Shown here piece after piece: positions 1 through 11,330 of a stretch of DNA of 64,000 nt. This stretch comes from Rhynchopus sp. YZ270_cl-10 (lineage: Eukaryota). Numbering within the stretch: position 1 is the first letter of the stretch; every line of letters starts with the position of its first letter. The notes under the pieces are model-generated. The model was not told the DNA's origin. It saw only the letters and a list, made by a program, of their open reading frames with translations, and did not search any database. The stretch is taken from the NCBI GenBank assembly GCA_964035575.1, contig OZ037840.1, forward strand, positions 682,001 to 746,000, read 5' to 3'. Both the position numbers and the translations under genes were made by a program.

Positions 1-3
1 CAC

Positions 4-212
4 CACACTATACCATACCAAAGGGCCATCTTCTGCGCAAGAATTACCCTCACTAGGCACCAAACCACACCACACCACACCAAGGTGGGCTATACTCCGT
101 TCAGGCGTTACCCCACTCTAAATTCATTATCAAACACTACACCACACCTAAGGGCCATATTCTGCGCAAGAATTACCCTCACTAGGCAGCAACCATATCA
201 AACACCACACCA
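4..212 (+). repeat. Degenerate direct duplication of ~80 bp in the presumed intron
   Basis: AAGGGCCAT.TTCTGCGCAAGAATTACCCTCACTAGGCA occurs at ~21-59 and ~150-188. Confidence 0.8.
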
Positions 213-264
213 CTGTTTCGCTCTTGAAACTACTCGCATATGCTTTACAAACCACACCACACAG

Positions 265-708
265 GAGGACGGTGACGACTCCGCAGACGCCGACTTCGAC
301 TCCAACTCCAACGACATACCCGAAGACGATCTCAAGCCAAAGCGCAAGAAGGACAAAAAGGAGAAAAAGAAGAAGGACAAAAAAGGCAAGAAAGAGAAAA
401 AGGAAAAGAAAGACAAAAAGCGCAAACGCGATGCGGCCGAGGATGAGTTCGACGCGATGGCTGCGGACATGATGGACATTGAGCTGCCAGGGGATGTAAT
501 GGGTACTGAGGGGGCAACGACTCCGGCTGAGCAGGCAGCACCCTCAGGTGAGGCTGCCGCCAACGGTGAACCTGCGCCAAAGAAAAGGAAGAAGGTTGTG
601 CAGGACGACGACGACGATGACGATGACGACGCAGCTGACCTCCTCGCACCCACAGCAACAACCAAACCCAAAGAAGCAATGGACGATGACGATGAGGATT
701 TGCTGTAG
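265..708 (+). CDS. 3' terminal exon of a gene starting upstream of the window; Asp/Glu- and Lys-rich low-complexity C-terminal tail (probably nuclear protein)
   Basis: C/A-rich tract ending in ACAG (261-264) is followed by GC-rich coding-like sequence EDGDDSADADFD...KKDKKEKK...PKKRKKV...DDEDLL-stop. The ORF portion 85-264 looks intronic. Confidence 0.7.
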   Translation, partial: EDGDDSADADFDSNSNDIPEDDLKPKRKKDKKEKKKKDKKGKKEKKEKKDKKRKRDAAEDEFDAMAADMMDIELPGDVMGTEGATTPAEQAAPSGEAAANGEPAPKKRKKVVQDDDDDDDDDAADLLAPTATTKPKEAMDDDDEDLL

Positions 709-761
709 AATTTTGTATTTATTTTTTTGGGGGGGGAGGCAGGGGGAAAAAAAGGGTTTAA

Positions 762-2120
762 CCCTTTAGCCCCCAGCTGGACATATATGTCCAAGCAAAT
801 CCCGACGAGCAATGGGAAAAGTTCTACTCATTTTCGTAAAAACATTTTTTATATTTTGAAAGATTTTGCGCCGATCTTTCAAAAGAAGCAAGAATCAAAA
901 AGTTTTGTGCATCGGGTATATCTTTGGATGCTGGGGAGAAGGCGGGACTGCCACGGAAAATCATGTTTTTTGACCAACACCCCCTGAAATATCCCTCCCA
1001 ATACCACTAGGCTATTACTGGGGTTCTACTCATTTTCAGAAAAACATTTTTTTATATTTTGAAAGATTTTTCACCGATCTTTCAAAATACGCCATCTAAG
1101 AACACTTTTATGCACCTGGGTTTTCCTTGGATACCGGGGAGAGTGAAAAAGTACGGAAGAAAAGTCACTTTTCAGAGCCTCCATGTGATCAAAAATTTTC
1201 CACTCGTTTTCGTGAAAACACTTTTTTTGTGTGGAAAGATTTCGTTCGCATCTTTCAAAATACGCAAAAATCGAAAACTTTTATGCATCTGTGATATCCT
1301 CGGATTTTGGTGAGATTTTACCACCAAAATCATGATTTTTAACGTTGCTAAGGTCGCAAGGCTAGTATGGTTGATAAGTAGGGTTCTCCTCATTTTCGTG
1401 AAAAGATTTTTACATTTTTGGAAAGATTTGATGTCAAATCTGTCAAAAGAAGCAAGAATCGAAAACTTTTGTGCATCTGAGTGCACTTTGGAAGTCCGTG
1501 AGAACCACCACCAAAATCACTGTTTTTTCTGCCTTATTCCCACCCAGAACACACTATAAGCCGGGTTTTCACTATTTTTTCGTATTTTAGAGTGATTTTT
1601 TTGTGAATTTTCGGCACACAGGGTCGTTCTGACCCGTTCTGGGGGTGTTTCGGACCTGTAGATGCCCAAAAACGTGAAAAAATCGCATTTTTACGTGTGT
1701 AATGGTGTTTCAGTGTAAATCGTTAGGGAAATCAATTTTTAGACATGCTGCTAACAGAGCTACACTCATCTAAGTTGGGTTCTACTTGGACTTTTTGCTC
1801 GATTTTTTTTTTCTTTGAAAAGATTTTGTGGCGAATCTTTCAAATAAAGCAGTTTTTGGGCGGCAATAATTTACTAGAGTTGTCTCGGCAGGTAGAGAGA
1901 GTAAAAAATCAAAAGGTCAATTTTATGCTTACCTCATTTTGGGAATAACATTTTTTTTCGAAAAAAAACTTAAAAAAATGGAATTGAAAGCCGTGTTCAA
2001 AATCTTTCAATTGCGGCCAGGTACGATCAAAAATTTGCATCTGGGGTCCCCTTACCGGTTGGAGAGCCCCAAAATCAAAACTCAAAAGTGGGTCGAAAAT
2101 CTGGCCTGGGGGCTAAAGGG
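762..2120. mobile_element. piggyBac-like non-autonomous element
   Basis: Perfect 15-bp TIR CCCTTTAGCCCCCAG / CTGGGGGCTAAAGGG, flanked by TTAA at 758-761 and 2121-2124. The interior has degenerate ~180-200 bp repeats (TTCTACTCATTTTC...GAAAGATTT). No transposase ORF. Confidence 0.85.
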
Positions 2121-2454
2121 TTAAAAAAAAAATGTGTGAATGTGCATCCTCAGGATGTGCTGTAATGCGGGTTCAAAAAAAAAAAGGAATAAAAAAGGAA
2201 AAAGAGTATCAGAAGAAAGGTTTGTAATGTCGTCTGTATTTTTTGCACCGTGAGAAAAATGTTTAGGCTCATTTTTTACAAAAAAAAAAATTTTTTTTTA
2301 AAGCGTGGGGCAAGATGTTAACCTCGAAATGGAATGCAAGGGTCCACCCAGGGTGTGTACGGTTCGCACACTGGGCACACTGTCATGAAGAGGCGGTTTG
2401 TACTTTTCAAGGAAACTTTATTTCATCGTGGCACGATGGGTTTTTGTTGTTTTG

Positions 2455-2512
2455 TGCTTTTCATCCGGATGGCTGGCATCGTACAGTGGGTCAGTCGGAG
2501 GTGCCTGCATTA
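2455..2512 (+). repeat. Dispersed hairpin module B (~55 nt)
   Basis: CATCCGGATGGCTGGCATCGTAC..GGGTCAGTCRGAGGTGCCTGCAT; also at ~9836, 14645 and 38261. Confidence 0.85.
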
Positions 2513-4067
2513 ATAACTTCACATTTGTTGTGGTGCTATTTTTTATTAAAAAAGGAGGAAAGGAAGAAGACCAGTTGTCTCTTATGAGGGTAGGGGTCTG
2601 AAGGGGAAAAAAAGGTGTTGGTAAAAATAAATGGAGAACTATATTCTTTGTAAGTATTTTGCGTTTTTGTTTTTGTTTTTTTTTAATATACCGTCCGTTC
2701 GTCGTTAGAGTATCTTGTGGGCTCTCTTTTTTAAAAAAATGTGAAATTGTCCACAAGGATGTTTTGGCGATGGGGTAGGGTGGTGGGGGTGGGTACGTTC
2801 AGCGAACGAAAAATGCGAAAGAAGAAAGACAAAAAAAAAACAAAATGTTTGTACCAGCATTGGGAACAGACCTATTTACCTAAAAAAATTATAGTGGAGT
2901 TCATCCTCGAGTGTCTGCACTAATACAACCAAGTTTTCAAAAAAAAAAACAAAACAGAAAAGAAAAGAAAAGAAAACAGAAACCAAAAATGTGTTGTAAC
3001 TAAAAAGTATTGTCATTGGGTTGAGGATTATATCTAAAAAAAAAATGCCTTTTGAACATTTTGAAAGTTCATTAACCCTTCGGGGTGATTTTTCGTTGTA
3101 CAGAACCCGTCCTTGGATAGGTGACCCCAAATTCGAACGAAAAGCGACAAACCAAAGGGGAAAAAAAAATATTTGTCCTCAGTTTTTGAGGCAAAGCGAT
3201 TTTGTCGACACACCAACAAAACAATAAACACCCTCCCAAAAAAAAAGCTGTGTTTTTTGTAAACACGGCGTACTGGAAAACCACAGAGAGAGTGACCATA
3301 TCCCATCTCCCCCCCACCCCCCCACCCCCCCACCCCCACCCCCCCCCAAAAAAAAAGCGAATTATCAGGAAAAAAATGGAGAAAAAAAAACGGGTATTGT
3401 ACCGGATGGAACTGCTTTTAAATATTGCAGTGGCAACTACACTAACCAAGGAGTTACAGACCGACCCTACCGAGGTAGGTAATAATCGACATAACAACAA
3501 AACAAAACAAAAAAAATACTACTATCAGGAGTAAGGCATGTGGGGGCAGGGAGGGTGGGGTACAAAAGGAAGAGGGGGTTTCAGGTGGTGTTATCCATTG
3601 CGGTTAGGGTGGTTTTATTTTGATAGCGCCTGCTCCAGAGGTGTTTGCACTATCAACTTCAATTTGATATGGTCTGACGGAGTATACGAGGCTAAGATCA
3701 TCTTATCAACCCTTTATTTCGTTTTTTTTTTTTTTTTTGATCAATCAATCCATTGATCTCTCTTCTGCTATCAATTTATTTGAATGCATATGTTGAAATC
3801 CTTTTTACAAAAAAACCCGCTGGCAATTCTACCTTCGAAATTCCCCCTCTTTTATTTTTTTTGTGAGGACCGATACGGGGGCTTTGGGGCTTTTTTTTTT
3901 TTGGGGGGGGGTTTTTGTGATTCTGGTGTGCATATGGGGTAGTGGGCGATTCAACTCACGTTTCAAAAACAATAGTATTCAAAACATAGTTTCCCCCTTT
4001 CCCCCCCTCACATCTCCCTCTTATTTGAAAACCTTTTTTTTTGTTCATCTGGCCGAGTGTTTTTACC

Positions 4068-4172
4068 AGATGTAAACCACGAAATGTATTGTAGAACTGT
4101 ATGGTTGGGTGTCCACCCACGGTACACCCCGGTCATACCAAGGTACACTGTTCACGGGCTTTGTATTTCAAC
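4068..4172 (+). repeat. Dispersed hairpin module A (~100 nt)
   Basis: GATGT.AA...G.ACTGYATGGT...GGTCAYRY..AAGGTRCACTGTCAYRAGAGGGCTTTGTA. Related copies at ~2315, 17574, 21985, 36253 (3' part), 38037, 50535, 60307 and 62677. Confidence 0.75.
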
Positions 4173-4389
4173 TCTACCTTTTTTTTTGGGTCTTCGAAAA
4201 ACGAAAGGGTCGAGCAGTGTATGTGCGATGTGTTCTCTTTTGTGTCTAGGTGGCCACATTCTCACTACACGGTGGGGTCCAGCCGCTAGTTGAGACTCCA
4301 GTTTTTGGTCCAGCTCAGAGGCTGGACCCCACCGTGTTAACACCGCCCCCATCTTCAGAGAGTGAGACCACTCAGGTAATCCAAAAACG

Positions 4390-6282
4390 ATGGACCGAGC
4401 TATCGCGTTGGATTCGCACCTTCGCCCTGGGGGCAATGTGAGCAAGGGTGCGAGCATGACAGTTCTAGAGAAGGCGCTGACGCTGAACCTGGACAACAGC
4501 AAGTACGGTGTGTTCTGCGAGATCGGTGCAGGGCAGGAAGTGGTGCGGCACTTCTTCCTTGCAGGGGGTGCGAGCAGGACCATCGCAAAGTCGATGAGCG
4601 CTTACGACAAGGACGTCTCAGATGCGATTGTATGAAACCGTTTGTCTTTTTTTTTTTGGCTTTAGCTCTTTTCTTTTGAGTGTTTTCTGGGGAAATGGAC
4701 GTTAGAAAAACTTTTTTTTGAGCTCGAGCGAGCTGCGTTTTTTTTTTTTTTTAGCACTTTTCCGCCACCCTTTCTTTTATCACAAAGGTGACTAAGCATG
4801 AGAAGCTTAGGACCATCTTATAAACTTTCCCTTTTATTTAATTACGAACTCCGGCTGGGGAAAAGACATCATCCCTGACAACAAGCGTGTGGAAACCAGC
4901 GCAGCTGATGCTCCGCGATAACGAATGACTAAGCACGGAGAGGCTTAGGGTCACCTCTTATAAAACCTTCCCTCTATTTTTAATTACCATCCTGAACACC
5001 CCCTGCGAACCCCCCTGCATCTCATCTCCCACCCCTCCCACCCTTTCTACAGTACGGCCAAGAACCGAACAAGCGCTACGTCACCCGCGGACGTCTCGAT
5101 AAGATGCTGGAACGTGAGTTCAGCCTTCTTGTCGAACGCATGCCGAAGGAGAGGGTCAAGCAGACACAGTACTTCGTGTTTGCCGACACGGTCACAGCGA
5201 AGAGCTACAAGGGTGGCGGAGAGTGCCACGGATGGATGGGCATCCGCGCACAGCTGTACCCTGAAGCCGAGCCTTCTCAGGTTACCTTGCACGTCCGCAT
5301 GCTGGACGAACGGAACAAACAACAGTCCGAGGCGCTTGGCATCCTTGGAGTCAATCTGATCTATGCGATGTTCTTTTTGAAGCGCAACCCACATAAGCTT
5401 CTGTTGTCGCTTCTTGACGTTGTGGGCCGCAGTCGTATTGAAATCGATGAATGCCACATGAGTGGTCCATACTTCGACACAGTGCACCATCGCCTCACCG
5501 CACTGCACCTCATCACCGCAGGGTTAACCCACGCTATAATGTTCAACGAATGCGGCGAAGTTGTGTCCGCTGCAGACCACCTCTTCAAAAAGGATGTCTT
5601 AGTCCTACGGGGAAGGTTCCGGCCAGTAACAAAGGTGGCCATCGATATGAGTGTCTGCACCGAACGCATGATGAAATCCGACGGCGCGACAGACCTCATG
5701 ACATTGGCAGAAATATCTACAGCACAGCTGGCCGTTGATGGGGAGGGTGTTGACCACAAAGACTTTCTTAGCAGGGTTGACGTACTATGCGCGCAGGGTT
5801 TCAGCGTTTTGGTGTCAGGTTATCTGCGCTTCTTTAGGATACGTGAGTATCTTGGGAGATACACGAGACGGAAGGTAGGGTTTTGTATGTCAGTTTTCAA
5901 CGTTTTGGACATCTTCGAGGAGTCGTACTATGAAGGGATGCATGGGGGCATCCTCGAGGCCATGGGACGTCTGTTCTCTGGGGATGTAAGGATGTACGTC
6001 TACCCGAGATACCAGGCAGGCAGTGGAGGCAGCGACTCGCTGATCACAGCGGAAAGTCTTATGAAGGACCCTTCGAAGCAGCTGTCGCATCTGTACGCCT
6101 TCCTGCGGTCGCGGAGCAAGTTGATACCCGTAACAGGTCACGACCCGGAGGTGCTACGCATCGACACACGTTCTGCAATAGTGGACCTCCAAAGAGGGGG
6201 CACCGACTGGGAGAAGTGTGTCCCCGCGAATGCGGTTCAAATGATCAAAGAAAAACACCTTTTTGGGTACAACAGTTTGTGA
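4390..6282 (+). CDS. Two-exon gene (4390-4629, 5053-6282; ~489 aa) of a mainly bacterial family, often labelled nicotinate-nucleotide adenylyltransferase-like or 'TonB-dependent receptor'
   Basis: Splicing at GTATGA (4630) ... CTACAG (5052) joins KALTLNL...EIGAGQEVVRHFF.AGGAS.TIAKSMSAYDKDVSDAI in frame to YGQEPNKRYVTRGRLDKML...HGWMGIR...QQSEALGILGVNLIY...LRGRFRPVT. These motifs are recalled from the bacterial family. The start may instead be the Met at 4456. Confidence 0.85.
4630..5052 (+). other. GT-AG intron, 423 nt, phase 0
   Basis: Removal restores the SDAI|YG motif. The 3' end is C-rich and the intron holds two copies of hairpin module C. Confidence 0.9.
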
Positions 6283-6331
6283 GGGGGGTAATTGGCTCCC
6301 ATTTAGACTGATTGAAAATTAATCATGGTTG

Positions 6332-6775
6332 TGGTGCTATCCGGGGGGCGGCGTTTCACAAAGTTTCACAAATTTTCACAAAATATCACACAATTTCAAT
6401 CCTATGCACAACGTGTCACAACGTTTCGCAACGTTTCACAACTTTGCACAACTTTTCACAACGTTTCACAACGTTTCACAACTTTTCACAACTTTTCACA
6501 ACTTTTCACAACTATATGTTGTGAAAAGTTGTGATTTTGTTTGAAATTTTGTGAAAAGTTGTGAAAAGTTGTGAAAAGTTGTGATTTTGTTTGAAAATTG
6601 TGAAAAGTTGTGAATAGTTGTGAAAAGTTGTGATTTTGATTGAAATTTTGTGAAACTTTGTGAAAAGTTGTGAAAAGTTGTGATTTTGATTGAAAATTGT
6701 GAAAAGTTGTGAAAGTTGTGATTTTGATTGAAATTTTGTGAAACTTTGTGAAACGCCGCCCCCCGGATAGCACCA
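6332..6775. mobile_element. Foldback/MITE with TGGTG termini and 5-bp TSD
   Basis: TIR TGGTGCTATCCGGGGGGCGGCGTTTCACAAAGTTTCACAAA with its complement; GGTTG at 6327-6331 and 6776-6780; mirrored TTTCACAAC-type arrays inside. Confidence 0.85.
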
Positions 6776-7056
6776 GGTTGTACAAAGTACTCGACGAGTA
6801 ACGAGTACTCGAATTTAATTGCTTGTTTTTTTTATTTTGAGGAGGAGGAAGAGGAGAGGGGTACGTTGAGGATCCCAGGGGTTGATAAGTAGGGAATGAT
6901 TTTTTTTTTTTGTATTGACACGATTTCAAATAATTTGTCAACTAATAATAGCAATGTTTTGCCGATGTTACAAATAAAATTAAAATGCGCTGTTTTAGCT
7001 TTCAGCCAGAAGGCTCTCTCTCTCTCTGCAGAATAATATAAAAAAAATGACGAAGA

Positions 7057-7141
7057 TGGTGTGGCTGAAGGGGGCTGATTCGCACTTTTCCCGCATATTT
7101 TCGCACTTTTTCCGCCCCTCCCTCCCCATTCAGCCACGCCA
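7057..7141. mobile_element. 85-bp mini TIR element (TGGTG family)
   Basis: TGGTGTGGCTGAA...TTCAGCCACGCCA with GAAGA duplicated at 7052-7056 and 7142-7146; second copy at 54222-54300. Confidence 0.8.
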
Positions 7142-7639
7142 GAAGAGAAAAAAATAGCGGAGCTCATCCTCGGGTGTCTGCACTAATACAACTAAGTTTT
7201 CAAGAAGAACAAGTTGTATGTGCAAATCACACAGGTGTCAGTGCTGCCTCTACCCATATGCTATGCTATGATATGAATTCAAAGCAAGGCTGCTGCAAAG
7301 TCTTCTTTATTCATGCTACCCATGCCAACTCTGTCCCCCCGCCCCCGCCCCCGCCCCCTTTTTTTTTGCAGAAATTCGAGAGAAGCAAAACAACTCGCAA
7401 CTAACAATAACAACAAAAAAAAAGCCTCAGACCAAATTTTCAGCATGTTTTTTTCTTTTTGTCACCTCATGAAAGGGGAAATAGAAAACAAAAACATTTT
7501 GAACACACGGAAATTACGTGCCGGGTTATGGAGTCCAAAACAGGTGAAATGATATGTGTAATTTCCCAACAGGGCCACTGTGTGCGTGGTCACCTTGAAA
7601 AGAAGAGGGATACCACCATGGTGGTAGTTCTGCGGAGGA

Positions 7640-7740
7640 TAGCGACCGCTCGAATTTGCAGGACTGAGTGTCGGTGACACGAATTGAGAGTGGGTTTCTT
7701 GTTGCGCTTCTTTGGAAACATACGACTTTCCAGCATTGAT
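7640..7740 (+). pseudogene. Degenerate remnant of the 3' end of a paralog of the downstream UBL-LRR gene
   Basis: TTTGCAGGACTGAGTG..GTGACAC and CTTCTTT.GAAACATACGACTTTCCAGCATTGA match 8533-8635. Confidence 0.7.
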
Positions 7741-7776
7741 CCTCCACCCCCACAACAGAAAACACACAAAACACCA

Positions 7777-8655
7777 ATGGAACTCAACGTCGAGGGATTT
7801 GATGGTCAGACGTACGTCGTCGATGTGGATGTGGATGACACAGCGAAGGACCTGCGGCGGAAGGTGGCAACTGCAGTGGGGTTTGCTGAAGACAGCTTTG
7901 ACATGGGCTTTGGAAGGGACGACGAAGGAGAGGACATCAACATCACAGCGCTGAGTGCTGGCGACACAGTTGTGTTGACGAGAAATTATAAGCAAGAGGC
8001 CATTGCAGCTCTTCGTGCATTGGGTGAGACAGACCTCTCACCAGAGAGGCTTACGCGTGTGCAAGACCCCAAGGTAGCGCGGTTGTTTCTGCAGGCAGAA
8101 GTTGTAACTGTGATTCCGCGCATTTTCCTCGCACTCACTTATTTACGTAGCCTTGATCTGAGTGCCCCGTTGGCTATTACTGCGATTGATGACTCCTTCT
8201 TATCAGGTTGCGAGTCGTTAACCTCAATCGACTTTGGGGGATTGAGCCGTGTCACAAGCCTTGGGCAGTCCTTCTTAGCGAATTGCACGATGTTACCCTC
8301 AATCGACTTTGCAGGATTAGGCAGTGTTACAAGGATAGGGCACTGCTTCTTATCAGATTGCACGGCGTTGGCCTCAATCGACTTTTCAGGACTGCGCAGT
8401 CTCACAAGCCTTGGTAGGTGGTTCTTATCAGGTTGCACAGAGTTAACCTCCATCGACTTTGCAGGATTGGACAGTGTCACAAGCCTTGGGCACTCCTTCT
8501 TCTCAGGTTGCACGGCGTTAACCTCCATCGACTTTGCAGGACTGAGTGGTGTGACACAAATAGAGGAACCACGAATAGGGGAGACGTTTCTTGAAGGGTG
8601 CACTTCTTTAGAAACATACGACTTTCCAGCATTGAGAGCTATTGAGGGCAGATAG
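7777..8655 (+). CDS. Ubiquitin-like N-terminal domain + leucine-rich repeats (BspA/TpLRR-like), 292 aa
   Basis: MELNVEGFDGQTYVVDVDVDDTAKDLRRKV is a UBL-type start; ~26-aa repeats FLSGCxxLTSIDFAGLxxVTSLG follow. Confidence 0.85.
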   Translation: MELNVEGFDGQTYVVDVDVDDTAKDLRRKVATAVGFAEDSFDMGFGRDDEGEDINITALSAGDTVVLTRNYKQEAIAALRALGETDLSPERLTRVQDPKVARLFLQAEVVTVIPRIFLALTYLRSLDLSAPLAITAIDDSFLSGCESLTSIDFGGLSRVTSLGQSFLANCTMLPSIDFAGLGSVTRIGHCFLSDCTALASIDFSGLRSLTSLGRWFLSGCTELTSIDFAGLDSVTSLGHSFFSGCTALTSIDFAGLSGVTQIEEPRIGETFLEGCTSLETYDFPALRAIEGR

Positions 8656-8964
8656 AAGTGTCTTTGGGGCAACGGCAAGGTTTGAGGGTTCGGTGCTGGT
8701 GGCACAACAGGAGCAGGGTTTAAGGTGGTGGTGATGCGTTGAAAGGGGGGGGGGGGGGGGTTGGTGTTTTTTTTTATTATATTGTGTGAGCGAACAGCAA
8801 ACAACCTCACACAGTTCGTACGTAACGTCTTTAAAAGATCCCACCTCCCAGCTTTTCCAATTTGATCTGTTCCATTTTGCCCCGTACTTCCCCCTCACCC
8901 AACACATATTTTTACAAGCATTTCCCATTTTTTTCTCTCTTGCCCTTCTGATTCTCCATCAACT

Positions 8965-9669
8965 ATGACGCAAGAGGTCGACATCAAAATCATGGCGCAC
9001 CCCGTGCAGCCTGCATACCACACCGCCACCGGGAACAGCCTCCCCGTTGCCATGCACACCGACTTCTTTGTTGAGCGCTCCCTCAGCTGTGCCTGCCCGA
9101 ACAGAGGCCTCCTGAAGTACACCGGGAAGGAGAAGGGCAAGCCTGAGACAACGTTCACGCACGACTACTCTGAGGGCTGCTGCAGGGAGATGGGACCACG
9201 CAAGATGCAGGTCACGGAGAACGGGCGGGTCGTGGCGGTGTTTGAACGTTCGCGACACCGACCATGTTGTATTGGGCAGGAGGATGCGATGGTTGATGTG
9301 TTTCTTGGTGCAGTACCGTCTCCCGACAGCCATATTGCGCACATTGAGCTGCAGAAGCCACTTGACCTCTGTTGTGGCGCGTGTGGTAATGTGGAGGAAA
9401 TTCTTGTGAAGGATATACAGACGGAGCAAAGCTCTGTGATCCACGCGGAGCACCGCTGCGGACGGCTGGGCACTATGACTGGTACAGGGTCCCTTGCAGG
9501 CCTGCGCATCTCGAGTAAGCACACCTTCATCGGCTTCGGAAGTGGCTACCACGTCGATGCAGCGCGCCGCCCAGTCACAGACAACGAAAAGCTCTCGATC
9601 CTTGGCCTCGTCATGGCCGCTGACTTCTACATCATCTCCCTTCAGAGCAACAATAACGGCGGGCATTAG
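8965..9669 (+). CDS. Scramblase/Tubby C-terminal (LURP-one)-like protein, copy 1
   Basis: 234 aa with Cys-rich loops (CC, CCGACG), alternating beta-strand pattern and C-terminal hydrophobic helix EKLSILGLVMAADF. One of five conserved paralogs; the family call is inferred. Confidence 0.75.
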   Translation: MTQEVDIKIMAHPVQPAYHTATGNSLPVAMHTDFFVERSLSCACPNRGLLKYTGKEKGKPETTFTHDYSEGCCREMGPRKMQVTENGRVVAVFERSRHRPCCIGQEDAMVDVFLGAVPSPDSHIAHIELQKPLDLCCGACGNVEEILVKDIQTEQSSVIHAEHRCGRLGTMTGTGSLAGLRISSKHTFIGFGSGYHVDAARRPVTDNEKLSILGLVMAADFYIISLQSNNNGGH

Positions 9670-10655
9670 GGCGAGTTGTGTGTGTGTCCCCTCCCCTCTG
9701 ACGTCCTAGTGTCTAAGCTACTATAAACACTAAACACAAAACCTTAAACAATATTTTTATGTTTTTCTTCTTAACAACTTCTCCCATTCCCACTTCCTTT
9801 AAAAAAAAAAATGACGGAAATGGAGCAGTGTTAATGATGGCTGGCATCGTACACGGGTCAGTCAGAGGTGCCTGCATCAACTACTACAGTTTTTTTTTTT
9901 TTTGTAACATCACAAGCAAGGTTTGTGTCACATGATTAAGTAATGTCATCAACGTTTCTCCTTTATAACGTTCCATTACAAAGGAAATGGAGCAGTGTTT
10001 TGTATTGTGTACTGGACGTGTGCACTATGTTAATCCAACAGGTTAGACCTATTGAACCCATTGGTCTGGGAGGGTTTAGGGTTCTTTTTTCTCTCAATTC
10101 TTTTAAGACGTGTGTGCACGAGAGGTACATTCATCTTACAAGTTTTATTTTTCTCTCAATTCAGTCTTGAACGACGTCGACAGACGTTTGTACTTTGTGT
10201 GATCTAGTGAGGAAGCGTTCCACATTTCAACCCCTCTCCTGTTTCTGTGAAATCCTTAAACTGTTTGGGCAGCACGCAGCCTAGAAGAGAGCATCGCTCA
10301 TCATGACACGATGCTGCTGGGTTTCTTCGCTTTTAGATCGGGTGTGCCGTCCGCATGTGAGAGTCCCTCGGCTGTGGATTGCTAAACGTGCATGCACAGC
10401 GGGCATGTCTTTTTGGTGAGTTTCTTCTGCATGACTGTGCGCGAGGTGCTGGCTCAACCCCGCCTTGCTGACCTGTCTTTTTTTTCAGCATGGGACTGTG
10501 TCTTGCACTCGCATGTGACTGAGGGGTGGTGTCTCGCATCGTGGTGCAAACATGGGAACTGACCGCCTTTACTCCCCTCACTCACCCAACACTTAGTTTA
10601 CAGGTGTTTTTTGTTTTCCTTCTTGTTCTCTTGCCCTTCTGATTCTCCATCAACT

Positions 10656-11330
10656 ATGACGCAAGAGGTCGATATGAAAGCCATGCAGCCCCACCCTGTG
10701 CAGCCTGCATACCACGCCGCCACCGGGAACAGCCTCCCCGTTGCCATGCACACCGACTTCTTTGTTGAGCGCTCCCGCAGCTGTGACTGCGTCCTGAAGT
10801 ACACCGGGAAGGAGAAGGGCAAGCCTGCGACAACGTTCACGCACGACTACTCTGAGGGCTGCTGCAGGGAGATGGGACCACGCAAGATGCAGGTCACGGA
10901 GAACGGGCGGGTCGTGGCGGTGTTTGAACGTTCACGACACCGACCGTGTTGTATTGGGCAGGAGGATGCGATGGTTGATGTGTTTCTTGGTGCAGTGCCG
11001 TCTCCCGACAGCCATATTGCGCACATTGAGCTGCAGAAGCCACTTGATGTATGTTGTGGTGGGTGTGGTGGTATGGAGGAGATCCGTGTGCAGGATATAC
11101 AGACGAAGGAGAGAGCTGTGATCAATGCGGCGCACTGCTGCGGACGGCTGGGCACTATGACTGGTACAGGGTCCCTTGCAGGCCTGCGCATCTCGGGTGA
11201 GCACTCCTTCATCGGCTTCGGAAGTGACTACCACGTCGATGCAGCGCGCCGCCCAGTCACAGACAACGAAAAGCTCTCGATCCTTGGCCTCGTCATGGCC
11301 GCTGACTTCTACATCATCTCCCTCCAATAA
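10656..11330 (+). CDS. Scramblase/Tubby-like protein, copy 2 (slightly truncated C-terminus)
   Basis: Paralog of copy 1 from MTQEVD; a small deletion near the end gives an earlier TAA. Confidence 0.75.
   Translation: MTQEVDMKAMQPHPVQPAYHAATGNSLPVAMHTDFFVERSRSCDCVLKYTGKEKGKPATTFTHDYSEGCCREMGPRKMQVTENGRVVAVFERSRHRPCCIGQEDAMVDVFLGAVPSPDSHIAHIELQKPLDVCCGGCGGMEEIRVQDIQTKERAVINAAHCCGRLGTMTGTGSLAGLRISGEHSFIGFGSDYHVDAARRPVTDNEKLSILGLVMAADFYIISLQ

Noticed and set aside
3300..3350. C-rich tracts (potential G4 on minus strand; also ~33800-33845)
   Set aside because: Homopolymer and C-rich runs are ubiquitous in this window, so there is no specific signal.
5104..6282. 'TonB-dependent receptor' label often attached to this family
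   Set aside because: No signal peptide or beta-barrel pattern; the protein looks soluble alpha/beta.
8959..9666. Long antisense ORFs over real genes (also over cyclase and WD40 genes)
   Set aside because: Shadow ORFs of GC-rich coding sequence with no independent motifs.
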